Part shown: one piece after another, positions 1 to 11,831 of the stretch | Layout of the letters: every line of letters begins with the position of its first letter | How positions within the stretch are numbered: position 1 is the stretch's first letter | Origin: the human T2T-CHM13v2.0 reference genome, Homo sapiens | DNA: 64,000 nucleotides | Direction: 5' to 3' (one strand) | NCBI RefSeq assembly: GCF_009914755.1 | Contig: NC_060931.1 | Translations under genes and position numbers: made by a program | The notes under the pieces: generated by a model | Database searches by the model: none | The model's input: the letters and a program-made list of their open reading frames with translations, nothing else | Told to the model about the DNA's origin: nothing

Positions 1-93
1 TAAAGAGAGCCACTTTCTTATAAACCGTAATAAACAGATATTGCTCGGCTGTGTGTTGACGTATTGATCCTATTTTTAAAAACATCTCCACAG

Positions 94-262
94 ATCCTCA
101 AACGGCAGCGGGTGAGGTGGATGGGGTTAATCTGGAGGAGATCCGAGAATTTGCCAAAGCTTTTAAAATCCGGCGCCTGTCCCTTGGCCTGACCCAGACT
201 CAGGTGGGACAGGCTCTCAGTGCTACAGAGGGCCCCGCGTACAGCCAGTCGGCCATCTGCAG
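94..262 (+). CDS. POU6F2: POU6F2 coding exon, N-terminal part of the POU-specific domain
   Basis: Acceptor ctccacag|AT at 93/94 and donor AG|gtaacg at 262/263. Reads (D)PQTAAGEVDGVNLEEIREFAKAFKIRRLSLGLTQTQVGQALSATEGPAYSQSAIC(R), a class VI POU-specific domain. Missed by the ORF track because it has no ATG. Confidence 0.96.
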
Positions 263-3200
263 GTAACGCGCGCCTGCATGCTGTCACCTCTTCTAGCCGG
301 CCTGGGCCTCATTTGTCCTCGCGGTTCAGCTTTTCTTCGTCGGGTGGGCAAAGCTGGAGGGGCAGAGAGTGGGAACAAAGTTTGGGGGCAGCTATATGTT
401 GGGATTGGTGATCTTGATGCAAACGACGCTGCTGAAGCAAATTTGGGGGTCCTGGCTTGATAACTCCTATCAACTCACAAAGAACTTCCAAGGCAGTCTC
501 ATTGGAAATACACTACCCCAGGGTCAGGGGCCTTCCTCCTGGGCCCACACTCCTATGCAGCTGAGAGCCACCGACTTTGTCTGCACGTAGGTATTCTGAG
601 CAAATGTTGTAAAGCTGCCATTCCTAATTTGTGTTAACGCCTTTGCTATTTCTGCCCAGAGATGGCTATCAGGATTTTCCAAGAAAACACACATTTTAAA
701 AAAAAATTAACTATCTTGTGACCTTGAAGGTTTTAACTTGCCTTCCCAGACACAGCTTTAAAAGCACATTTATAAGAAATAAAAAATAAAAGAAAAGAAG
801 CGGTGGCTGCTTTAAATGGCTCAGAAAAGGGTAGTGAGAATCTGGCCTAACCTTGCTCATCTCCCCCAAATTAAATAAATGAATAACAGAATCCAGCCTT
901 GGTTGTGTTCAAGTTGATCCGGGTTAAGTGGTCAGAAGCAGGCCCCGTGCATGCATGTGTGTGTTGCACTAATCCCATGTTTATGCATGAGGTAACAAAG
1001 GCACTTCGGTAAGAGCTTTTTCCTCTTGGGCAATACCTTATGAGTCCTCCTCCAACAGGAAAAGCCAAGAAACCAACTCTAAACTCATTTAAGTGGATTT
1101 TGTTCTTGGTGATCCATGAAATGCTGTCTTTTTATCTGCTCTTTATACTTTTAATGTATTCCCCAAAGGACGGAAGTGTACTTTTCCTGCAGTTTAAGAC
1201 TAAGGTTATAAATAACATCAGTATGGGGTAGTAGCTTGCAGCTCACATTTTGCTCAATGATTTCCCATAAAACCCATTGATTGTTGTTAAATACAAAAAG
1301 CACCATAGGATCCTCTCACTTCTATGGCCTCCCCTACTGTTTTTTCTTATAAGATACCTCCCTGTAGAAAATAACCTTTATTCAGTCTATACAAGGATAC
1401 TACTGCTGGGAAATTTGTTTCAAGGCTTGTATATGTTATTCCAAACAACATGTACAGAAGTGTCAACACTAACAAACAGCATCCATGATATGAATACCAT
1501 TGCTCCCTGTTGGGAAACATTAATTTTGTTTCATCTTGACAGCCTTGGGATAAAGGCAGCCACAGGTTTTTAAGTTGTTGCCAATTTTCTATTGGTGCTA
1601 AATTCCTGTTTTGCTTATTTTTAGTCCTAAAACGTGATTTTCTTTTATTGATACAAGTGCTGGCTAATGTTTAACTCATACACTTAGCACTTCTTGGGCA
1701 TTCCCAATAAAGTATGTTGATTTCTAAAGTCTACCCCCAGAGAGAGGTCAAAAAAGCTGTGGCTGAAATGTGGAGACTTTGGGAATTCCTAGTATAATAG
1801 AACATGTCTGATGCCTTGACTTTTGGGCCTTTCTCTAGCTTCCAGTATTTCAGTGAGATCGTTTTAGGAGCTATCTACCAAGAAAAGAAAGAAAGACCGA
1901 GATCTTATATTGGAACAATTTAAGTGAATTCAAAGGGTGGTGAGGAACCTGCTTTGGAGGCTGCACACTCAGGCATCGCTTGTCCCTCATGAGCTGCAGT
2001 GACTCCTAGGAGCTGCTTTAAATCCCTCCTTATCAGAGGCACAGAGAAAAAAGCATTACCAATACACTGATCAGCCCTATCACAACCTCTGTCCCCTCGT
2101 GCCTTGACACTGTAAAGCCTGTTGTGACGCTATCAAATATTTAAGCTTTGGGGATTTTATGGCAAACGATGGCAAAATGTGGTATGTGGCAAATTAGCAC
2201 AACAATGAGAGCTTTTGAGGAGCTTGCCATAAAGGACAAGTTCATTAAATAACATTAAATGATCAGTTCACTCTGTATTGAAAGTAAATGTACTCCTTCC
2301 CTCCTTGACCAGTACTGGAAGCTGGGTTTTTCAAAAATAAACAAATAACCCTTGAGTTCTACATGGAAGGGAATGCTATGGAAATTGCATTAAAATTTGG
2401 TTCTGTTTGTGCTGCTTATCACATTATAAGAGATCTAAAATGTGCTGCCAAAAATAAGATTGTGGCACATAAAGAAAGCCTATCCTTTTCTGTCCTTTTG
2501 CAAGCATCGTTACAAAACATATTCTGAGTAACATGGGCTCAGTTTAGCTCTATGAGAACAGACCATTGAAATAAAATACACTCTGTAGTCAGAAGTTTTT
2601 CAACAGCATGGGACACTGTAAAAGGGAGAGGAGAATTCTGTGTATCCAAAGCTGTCATACTGGAGAGTTGTGAATTTGGATTTAGAATAAACAAACAAAC
2701 GAATAAAAGGAATTCCTACTTTTTTTGTACTTCATTGAGAGTGAGTGTGAGTTTGGTACCAGGGCGACTTCTTAAAACACTCTATATAATTTTGTCCAAG
2801 ACGCTTCATATTTTTTAAAGTCAATGTAGCAAAGAATTGCTGATGGCAGTTGATATATAGAAGACCTCATTTACAGAAAATGATATCATTCAAGTACAGT
2901 TTGCAGATATCACACATTAAACACAGCTTGGTGCCCTGGTGCAAAAGTACACCATTACACCGGCTGGTGTTTGGAAGGCAGGAGGTGGCCTTAGTACACC
3001 CAGAGGTGGGGTGTTTTATAGTAATTACAATGTGTCCAGCTGTTTGAGCCAGAACAGGAAAGTAGCAATGGGTAATGTTTTACCTGGAAAAAGGGCATGT
3101 TGTTAACTTACATACGGTGAAAATTGTTTGTTCCCAGGGAGAGAAAAAGAGAGAGAAGTCAAAATGAGACACAAAAGAGAGATAAAAAGAGAGCCATATA

Positions 3201-3728
3201 AAAGTCCCAATGGCCATCAGTGACTATGATAATAGCAATAACATTTTTATAACCAAGTCAATGGGGGTAATTTAAAGAAAACCAAATGTAAAACACGTAA
3301 AGAATCATTTTAAATGAAAGAATGTGACAACTGTCATCTTTGATGTCACTTCCTAGCGTTAATTTTTGCCTTCAGGAGTCTGAGGACTGAGAAATGGAGC
3401 TGGTACTATTCAAATAAATGCTTAGATCTCAGAGTTTATAGGGAAAAGGCCTGTGAGTTGTTTGCATGCCTATGATATGTTATGATAGCTCATGCATCCT
3501 GCTGTCTCTGCTTCTCATCACCCCTGTCTGTGCACCTGTGTGGTTTGCATGGTCTGGCATGGAGCACGCTGGGAGGGTGGGCGCTGGCTTGGGCAGGGCT
3601 GGCTACCTTGCAGCTGGCTATTAACCTGCAGTAAATTCGCCCTGCCAGGCAGTCAGGCAGGCAGGCAGGAGGCCCACCCTGGCAGAGGACTCAGTGTAAG
3701 ACTGTTCTTTCTCAATTTTCCCCCCCAG
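263..3728 (+). other. POU6F2: Last intron of POU6F2 (extends to 3836 when the distal acceptor is used)
   Basis: GT at 263, AG at 3727-3728 after a pyrimidine tract; the phase-2 junction restores the reading frame. Confidence 0.93.
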
Positions 3729-4233
3729 ACACACCATCCTGAGAAGCCACTTTTTCCTACCACAGGAAGCCCAAGAGAACACTATAGCTAGCAGTCTGAC
3801 AGCCAAACTGAACCCTGGCCTTTTGTATCCTGCCAGGTTTGAAAAGCTGGACATCACCCCTAAAAGTGCCCAGAAGATCAAGCCGGTGCTTGAGCGGTGG
3901 ATGGCTGAGGCTGAGGCCCGCCATCGAGCAGGTATGCAGAACCTGACCGAGTTTATCGGGAGTGAACCATCCAAAAAGCGCAAGCGGCGCACCTCCTTCA
4001 CACCCCAGGCCCTTGAGATCCTCAATGCCCACTTTGAGAAGAACACACACCCTTCTGGGCAGGAAATGACCGAAATTGCTGAGAAGCTGAACTATGACCG
4101 AGAAGTAGTTAGAGTTTGGTTCTGCAATAAGAGGCAAGCCCTGAAGAACACAATTAAACGCTTAAAACAGCACGAGCCGGCCACGGCAGTCCCTTTGGAG
4201 CCCTTAACAGACTCTCTGGAAGAAAACTCCTAA
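3729..4233 (+). CDS. POU6F2: POU6F2 terminal coding exon, long isoform (36-aa insert, end of POU-specific domain, linker, homeodomain)
   Basis: ttttccccccag|A; (R)HTILRSHFFLPQEAQENTIASSLTAKLNPGLLYPARFEKLDITPKSAQKIKPVLERW...KRKRRTSFTPQALEILNAHFEKN...VRVWFCNKRQ...LEENS*. WFCN is the POU homeodomain signature; TAA at 4231-4233. Confidence 0.93.
3837..4233 (+). CDS. POU6F2: POU6F2 terminal coding exon, short isoform (canonical POU domain)
   Basis: Second acceptor ttttgtatcctgccag|G exactly 108 nt downstream of the first; restores the canonical SQSAICRFEKLD motif. CTGAC branch candidate at 3796-3800. Confidence 0.9.
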
Positions 4234-7200
4234 AGAGATGCCCACCCATAATCAGAAGCAAAATTCACAGAAACTAAACTCCACCCTTGGGACTCCACAA
4301 CAACAACAACAACAAAATTTAATTTAATTTAAAAATAGCCCCAGTCGTCATCACCCTTGTAAGTAAATGACTAAGAAAACTACCAAGTGGACAGAATGGT
4401 TTCTACATGTCCGTTGGTTTTCCAAAAAGGAAAGAAGAAAATTTTTAGAAAATTTTTAAACAAGGAATACACCACACTGAAGGTGTGTGTGGTAGGATAG
4501 TTCCCTTCCCCCACCTGTCTCCCCCAAAGCCAGTTTTTTAATGGACTTAAAGCAAACCAAATAACCACGTACTTTTTTCTGTATATTATGAAAATGTGAA
4601 CACATTTTAAGGAAAAAGAAAAAAAAAACTAAACCAAAAACCAACAACGAAGGAACAAAAACTTTGATCTGTTCAAAGCGAATACAAGCCTGCCACCTGG
4701 AGGAAGGACTGCACCCCTTCAGGTACTAAGTGCTGATTCACTATGAAACCTATTAACCAAAGTCAGAAACATGGCATTGCAACGCGATCGTTCGTCTACG
4801 CTTCTCCGCACGTAAAGTTGTGTTACGAATTTTTACATTTGTACTAACAGAACAATAGGAAGCCTGATTTCTCCCATCTTTCCCATCTACTGTCTCCACC
4901 CATGGGGTGGGTACCATTGTTGAAGCCATTCTGTGAGGCTCACTATTGGGTTTTTTTGTGGGGGTGGTAGGGAGGGTGGTCTTTTTTCTTTGTCTTTCTT
5001 TTTGACGGGAGGGCATCCTGGATCGTGTGCCAAAGCATTTGTTGCTTTTTTCTCACTATGACTTGTGGGTTTGAGAAAAGAAAATGGAGCTCGCATTTCT
5101 CTCTTTTCCTCCATTTCTCCATCTCCCTCGCGCGTGGCTCCTGGGGTCTGCTGGAAGGCCACAGAAGTGGGGAGAAGCAGTGTCTTTTCCACTCAGATCC
5201 TAGTGAAATGCAGGAGAGACTCCAAAATAACTAGGGCTTTGCTCGATGAACTGTCAACACTGGCATAAGCCGTAATTGTGCTCACTGTCCACACCAGAGC
5301 TTGGGATTTTTCTCAGTCTGTTGGCCACGTACATGGAGAGCTGACCAAAACTAATTTTGTAATATAAACATAAGCTGCACATTTGGTTCAATACTTACAT
5401 CTATGTTATGCTTCTGTGCAAAGCAATTTCTCTCAGAAGTCTGATAGCCAAAGAAATGTCTCAAGATTTCAGTCAAATACACACATGGCATGCACACACC
5501 CATAAACACACACACAAAGAAACAGGCTAAAAAGAAAGTGATAGCAACTGCATCATTAAAGGCCATCGTGTATCCTGTTAATCTCATCTTTTCTGCTACT
5601 TCTTTCATTCCAATAGCGATGGCAGACTTTTTTCAGGGGGAATAATTACTCTTCGGGATATATAAATGGAGCAGAAAGGTGGCAGGCAAATTTAAACAAC
5701 TGGAATTGGGGGCCAGGTTCTTCAGGGGAAAGGAAGTTTGAAGAAGCTTTCACCAAAAGAAAAAAATATAGAAGGGGCTTATCTAACAATCAGAATAGCC
5801 TGCAATATGAGAACTAGAGGATTATTTCCTTTAAAAAAAATAACTTAAAAGATCTGTGGGCCACAATAACCTAATAAGCAAGGACATGTTGGGATGTGAG
5901 GACGGCTGTGCAGGTGAGCACTTGGCAGCTGCCACTGGTGTTTTCACCCAGGTACAGGCAGACGGTGTTCCATTAAAGGAGCAGGCAAAAGAGAGCTGTC
6001 AATTTGCTTGCTGTTGAAATGTACATATTTATGCATAATTTATAATCATGCTAATGTATTATCTAGAAGTAAGTTGTGAAAGAAAAAAGAGAAACCCAAT
6101 CTCAAGTTGCCCAACTGATTAGAAATGCCATCTCCTTCCCCTAATACACTCCCTCTCCCTGGGGAGTTTGAGTTTCTTCTGTTGGCTCCTTTGCTGTTTG
6201 TGTAAATGCTACAGTATAATTGTCCCCTCCAATGATTCATGCAGCAATCAAGAGACTACCAGCAAGGAAACTCTAAAAGGAATCCTGGAAGTGGAACAAG
6301 TCACTCGTAAAGGTGTTTCCATTTTACCAGTCAATGCTAACTGGACCACAGCTAACTTGATCTTCAATGCCAACATCACAGAGCCCCTTTCGCCACCTCA
6401 AAAACTGCACAAACATGGACAACCCAGAAACCCAAAACTTTATTGATTAAAACAGATTTTGGATTCTCCTAGGACCTGCTCCAAATTCCATCAAGAAAAG
6501 CTCCCTGCGAAGAGAAGTTAACAAGATAACATATGATGGATGCTAAATATTTAAATATATGCCGGCAGCGGTTACATAAGGCCTGCTCAGTTCTGAGATC
6601 TATAATTGGGAGGGTCTAACTAGGACAGGGAAAATATAAAATAAAAGTAATCTTCCAGAGTGGAACAAAAAAGAAATATATTCATCCCACAGTCGTAACA
6701 CCATTCATGTGCAGTGATTTTTTTATAGTTTTATAATTTTGTATTGTTTTATAAATTATTTATAAGGTGTTGTAATGCTTCTTATATTAATTTTTTACAG
6801 ATAAATTTTTTGCTACAAGGCATAAAAAGGTGCCTGAACCGATTCTTAGGAATATAAATTATACTGTGTAACTCATAAGTCTTTGGGACCACACCTAATG
6901 CTTAATTTTATGATGACATTTCTCATGTCTACTTGTAAACAACTTCATATGCCAATGGCGTTTAAGTGTCTTTTATGTTTCCATGAACTGAAGGTTAAGG
7001 TTGCCACCCACAAAAAATAAAAGCCACTTTGGGCATATGTGATTGTATTTCAAGCTTCAGTATTTTTCTCACATAATTTTTAATTATTGTTATCTGCATT
7101 TTCATTACTTCATGAAAAAATGACAGTGGATATTACATTTTACACTTGTTTATAGATTTTCTTTCTTTTTCAACCAAGAAAATATTTTGAACAATTGAAA

Positions 7201-8145
7201 CTTTTAATTGCATTTGCAAGGTTTTGGCTTCTTTATGTTGTCATCACACAGATGCACACACACATACACATACAACACAAAAGAGAGAACAAAAAAGCAA
7301 AAGGAGCTAGGAAAAAAACAAAACAAAACAAGTAGAGGTGTATCAAAGAACTCAAGCTATAACCAAAAAGAAATCGTAAAATGCCTTTGCTCGTTTCTCT
7401 ACGCTGGACCAAAGCTCAATATTTGTAGGTATATGCACATTGTATAGATATGGCTAAATGTTGCTGACAATCTCGCAATACTAAACTGTTCCTATTTTAA
7501 GAAAAAAAAAAGAAATACAAACTGTTCATCAATGTTTTACCTCAGCACTCTACTTGTACCCAGTTAATGACCAAGCTTAAAAAAAAATTGAGATAAAGGA
7601 AATTGATTTTCATTTCAATGTTTGACTGTAAAATCTGTTTGGATAACATTTTGTAATGAGCTTTTTGTCATGTGATTTGCTTGTCTTCAACTTGAAATTA
7701 TGTGAGGCACATTTGTTTATTTGTTGTTAAGAAAGTGATTTTTTTTTTTTTTTGTCCTATGTGCTGTGATCTAGACTGGTCACCGGGGTCACTTATGAGG
7801 CACCACAAAGAGATCTGCTTCTCCGTGCCCGGAGCAGGCAGCAGGAGGGAGGGCAGGAAACAGGACTGGGTTGCTTTGGAAAAATCATCATGACAAGAAG
7901 TTGACATGATAGACTTGTGACCAAGAAGCCAAACTGAATATTTAAAAGCTCCTTACTTGCTCTGACATTGAAACCAAAGCTGATTTTATCTGCACAGGTT
8001 GCTTAATGTTTAAAAAAAAAAAAAACTGTACTTAATCTAGAGCAATATCTGTATGGTCAGTAAAGCTGCACTTTGTGTATTTCTTAACAGCTTCAGATCT
8101 GTCACTTTTAATTTGTACCATAAAAAATAAATAATTGTTTGACAT
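4234..8145 (+). other. POU6F2: POU6F2 3' UTR (~3.9 kb, no recognisable transposons)
   Basis: Follows the stop codon; AT-rich with A/T runs; interspersed repeats resume at ~8300. The 3' end is approximate. Confidence 0.75.
8126..8131 (+). terminator. Main polyadenylation signal AATAAA
   Basis: AATAAA with upstream TGTA elements (~8027, ~8050, ~8114) and a downstream GT-rich element (gtgtgtct at 8161). Confidence 0.75.
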
Positions 8146-8301
8146 GAGCTTCTAGGCTAAGTGTGTCTCACACTCAGATATGTCATTTAAGTTGTCAGCA
8201 TTTTAAAAACTGTACATTAAAACCCCAAATGTTAAGGAAAGGAAGGGGTTCAAGACAGATTGGTTAATATCATGATTATTTTAACTTTTCAAATGACATA
8301 T

Positions 8302-8600
8302 TGTATTCATTGGGACTCTTTTGGTTGCAAGTTATAGGAATTCAACTGAAACTTGCCTACACATAAAGGTACTGTGTTGTTTGACTTAATGGGAAGTTCC
8401 GTTGTGGATCTGAAGCACAGCTGGATTCAGTGGTTTCAAAGATGTCATCAGCCTGTCCTGCTTGGCTTCCTTCTCAGATGGATTCTCTAACCATTGACTC
8501 TAAGGCTTTGAATCATTGCGCCCTTCTCTAAACTAAGCACTGGTGCTGCGGGGTGATGCACATAAATTCATGGTCACAGGCTCATTCCTGTCTGTGGGGG
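8302..8600 (-). mobile_element. Old MaLR LTR fragment (MLT1K/L-like)
   Basis: gggactcttttggttgcaag...cacagctggattcag motifs typical of old MLT1; boundaries approximate. Confidence 0.5.
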
Positions 8601-10049
8601 GAGGGTGGGGCCTCACTCTGACGACCCTGTGGGACCACAAGGATTGAAAGAGGAGTACACATAAGAACCGGAAGACAAAAAAATAGAGCCATGGTAATGA
8701 GCAGACAAAACCCAGAGCCACCACATTCTACGACTAACACCCAGCTGTGTGCCAGGTGTCGTAGAGAGTTCTGTTGGTGAAGAGTGATCTGCTAGTCTAA
8801 GTAATGTCTGTAATGGCATGTTCTGGAAAATTGGACATTTGGCATATGTTCCTGCTTGAAGTTTAGTGTGGGTAGGAGGGGAGAGTGAATGTTGTTATAT
8901 AATTCACTAATTCAGAAAATAGGATCATCTTGCTAAAATACCAGTAAAAAAAAATTTAGAGTCATAATCGCCATACTTTCAGTGACCTTTAGCAAACATT
9001 TTTTATGCTACATGGAAATCTGTGTATCAACTTCATACTGTGATTGATAAGAAGTGCTTTGGAGTGAGCAACAAAACCAAAAATCCAAATGACCATGCAT
9101 TATAAATGAGCCATGAAGGGGCCAGGGAGCTCCAAGCCTGACTTTAAAAGGGGCAAAAGAAAAAAAAATGCTGATACTTCTGCCTTGAAGGGTGGGGAAA
9201 AAACAAAAAATAAAGTCATTTTCAATGGCTTTCTTTCCATATTTAATATTCTACAAATATTATTGGCAAAGGTCCTGCCTATGATTATGCCTATTATGAA
9301 ATATGTTTGACCTAGGAAACTCTAAAATGTCTTCTTTAAAAAGGACAGCCATCATTTACATTTAATCATTCCATATTCCACAAATATCTGCTAAGTATTT
9401 AATGTGTCAGAAAATCCTGTGTGCTGAGGACTCAGAAATAAACAAAAAGAATCTTTGCCTTCGGTAAACTCATATTCATTGTGCAAAAACCAGTGATATT
9501 TCTCCAGAAAGTAAAATAATTCCATGTTTCTTATAGTATAATATTTCAAAAATAAATTTCAAAACTAAAATGATAGGAAGCAATTCTGAGGCTGACTTCA
9601 AAACTGAAAATGGATGGGTAGGAACAGCCTAAGCTTAGAATACAATCACAAGTATCTTTTAAATGATTCCAAAAGCTGTTCCGATAACAATTTTCTACTA
9701 AACCAACCATATGCACACAATATATTCAGTGTAGCAGGACAATGGGTGATGAGTTTAATAAAGAATCTATGCTTGGAAAGAGTTCAGAAGCAACATGTAG
9801 ATAAAACTAACACGTAACAAAGACAAGTCTGAGCTCCTCATCCATTGTTCTGCACTTCGAAAGGAGTCCAACCAAATGCACCCATTTGTCTTACCTACCA
9901 GACATTGAGGAAAGCCATGGTCAAGGGAAGAAGATGACACCTAAGGAGAACTTCAGTGCACTGCATGAAAACCTTTCTAAAACATGTGAAATATTTCCCT
10001 GTTTTCTTAAAACAATTATTAACATCACTTATCCTCTTCAGGGCCTTTC

Positions 10050-10700
10050 TCCTATTTGCTTTATCCTTGTTAATGGCTCTATCCATCAGCCACCCAAAGC
10101 AGAAGTCTAGAAGTCATCCCAACCCCTTTATACACACACACACACACACACCCTAAGTCACTAAAGTTCTGGCAATTCTGCCTCATGAATTCCTTTTGAA
10201 TCTGTCTCCCACTCTCCATCACCCACTTCCACTACTTAGTTCAGACCCACCTGCCTCTCACCTGGATCACCATGATATGCTCCTCCTAGCCTCTACATCC
10301 ATCATATGTTTACCCCAGAGTAGTCAAAAGGCCAGTATAAATAAATTTCTCTTTTGTTTAAAACCTTTCCTACGTTACCTTCAGAAAGAGAAACAGACTC
10401 CAGCACAGAACACAATACCTTTTGCAACCTGGTCCTTGCCTACTTCTTTAGCCTGATCTCTCATCAATTCCCAGTTCATAGAGTTATGTCCTTGCCACAC
10501 CAAACTTCCTAAAATTTCTCCAATGCCCAAAGTACTTTTGATGCAATATCCTCTGCTTGGAATGTCCATCCACAGTATTGTTGACCTATCTAACTTCTAT
10601 TCATTCTTTAAGCCTCAATTATGTTCAATTCCACAAATAGTTATGTGCCGGGCATCGTGCTTCCTTCATCAGAACATTTATCAAGTTTGCATGTTTATTA
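10050..10700 (+). mobile_element. L2 LINE fragment
   Basis: Pyrimidine-rich L2 3' region motifs (ctctcacctgga, tcattctttaagcctca); boundaries approximate. Confidence 0.55.
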
Positions 10701-11388
10701 GCCACCTCTGAAATATTAAAAAATGACTGCCATTGATCTCTGAGTGGCCTGTGGACTTGGCTTACGGGTAAGTGTAGTTGGCAATAAGTTCTTTTAACTA
10801 GTTGTCATTTGCATGTGACAGATCTTCCTTGTCTAATAAGAGTAACAGTCATATTTGTATCCTTTTCAAAGCTCTCTCGTATACATTATTTTATTCGCTC
10901 CTAACATAAACCCAAAGAAGTGTGGTGATTCCTGTTTTATACATGAGAACTAAGAATCATAAAAGTTAATAGTCTTCACCAAGATCCCAGAGTTCATAGA
11001 TAGAGCTGGTTCTTCAATACACTAGGAACTAGAATATTCACCAAGGTGAGGATACATTGAAACACAGTAAACTCTGATACAGCCATGTCTTTGAAGTGTC
11101 AATGAAAACTACAGTATCTGATATATGGTAGCAGTTCAGGAAAGGCTTACTGCTGTGGATAATTACCAGTTATCTAATTAGCAAGTCCACTGTGATTTGG
11201 GTGAACTTAGTCTGAATGCTTACTGCTTGGCAGAAATAGTAAAGGACACATAAAGGGAAATTAGAAATGTCTATATACATTGTATTCTTTTATTATCACT
11301 GAGATTTAGGGTCTCCAGATAAGAAAACAATTCCAATGATTCCAAAGGTAAATGAGTTAAAACCAGTTGAAAGTGAAAGAGAAAATCA

Positions 11389-11831
<443 letters not shown>

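Noticed and set aside
3621-4137. Antisense ORFs of 141 and 126 aa over the homeobox
   Set aside because: Shadows of the coding strand with no independent support.
3823-4233. ORF-track 136-aa protein starting 'MYPARF'
   Set aside because: The start is a TTG leucine codon inside the spliced terminal exon, not an independent gene.
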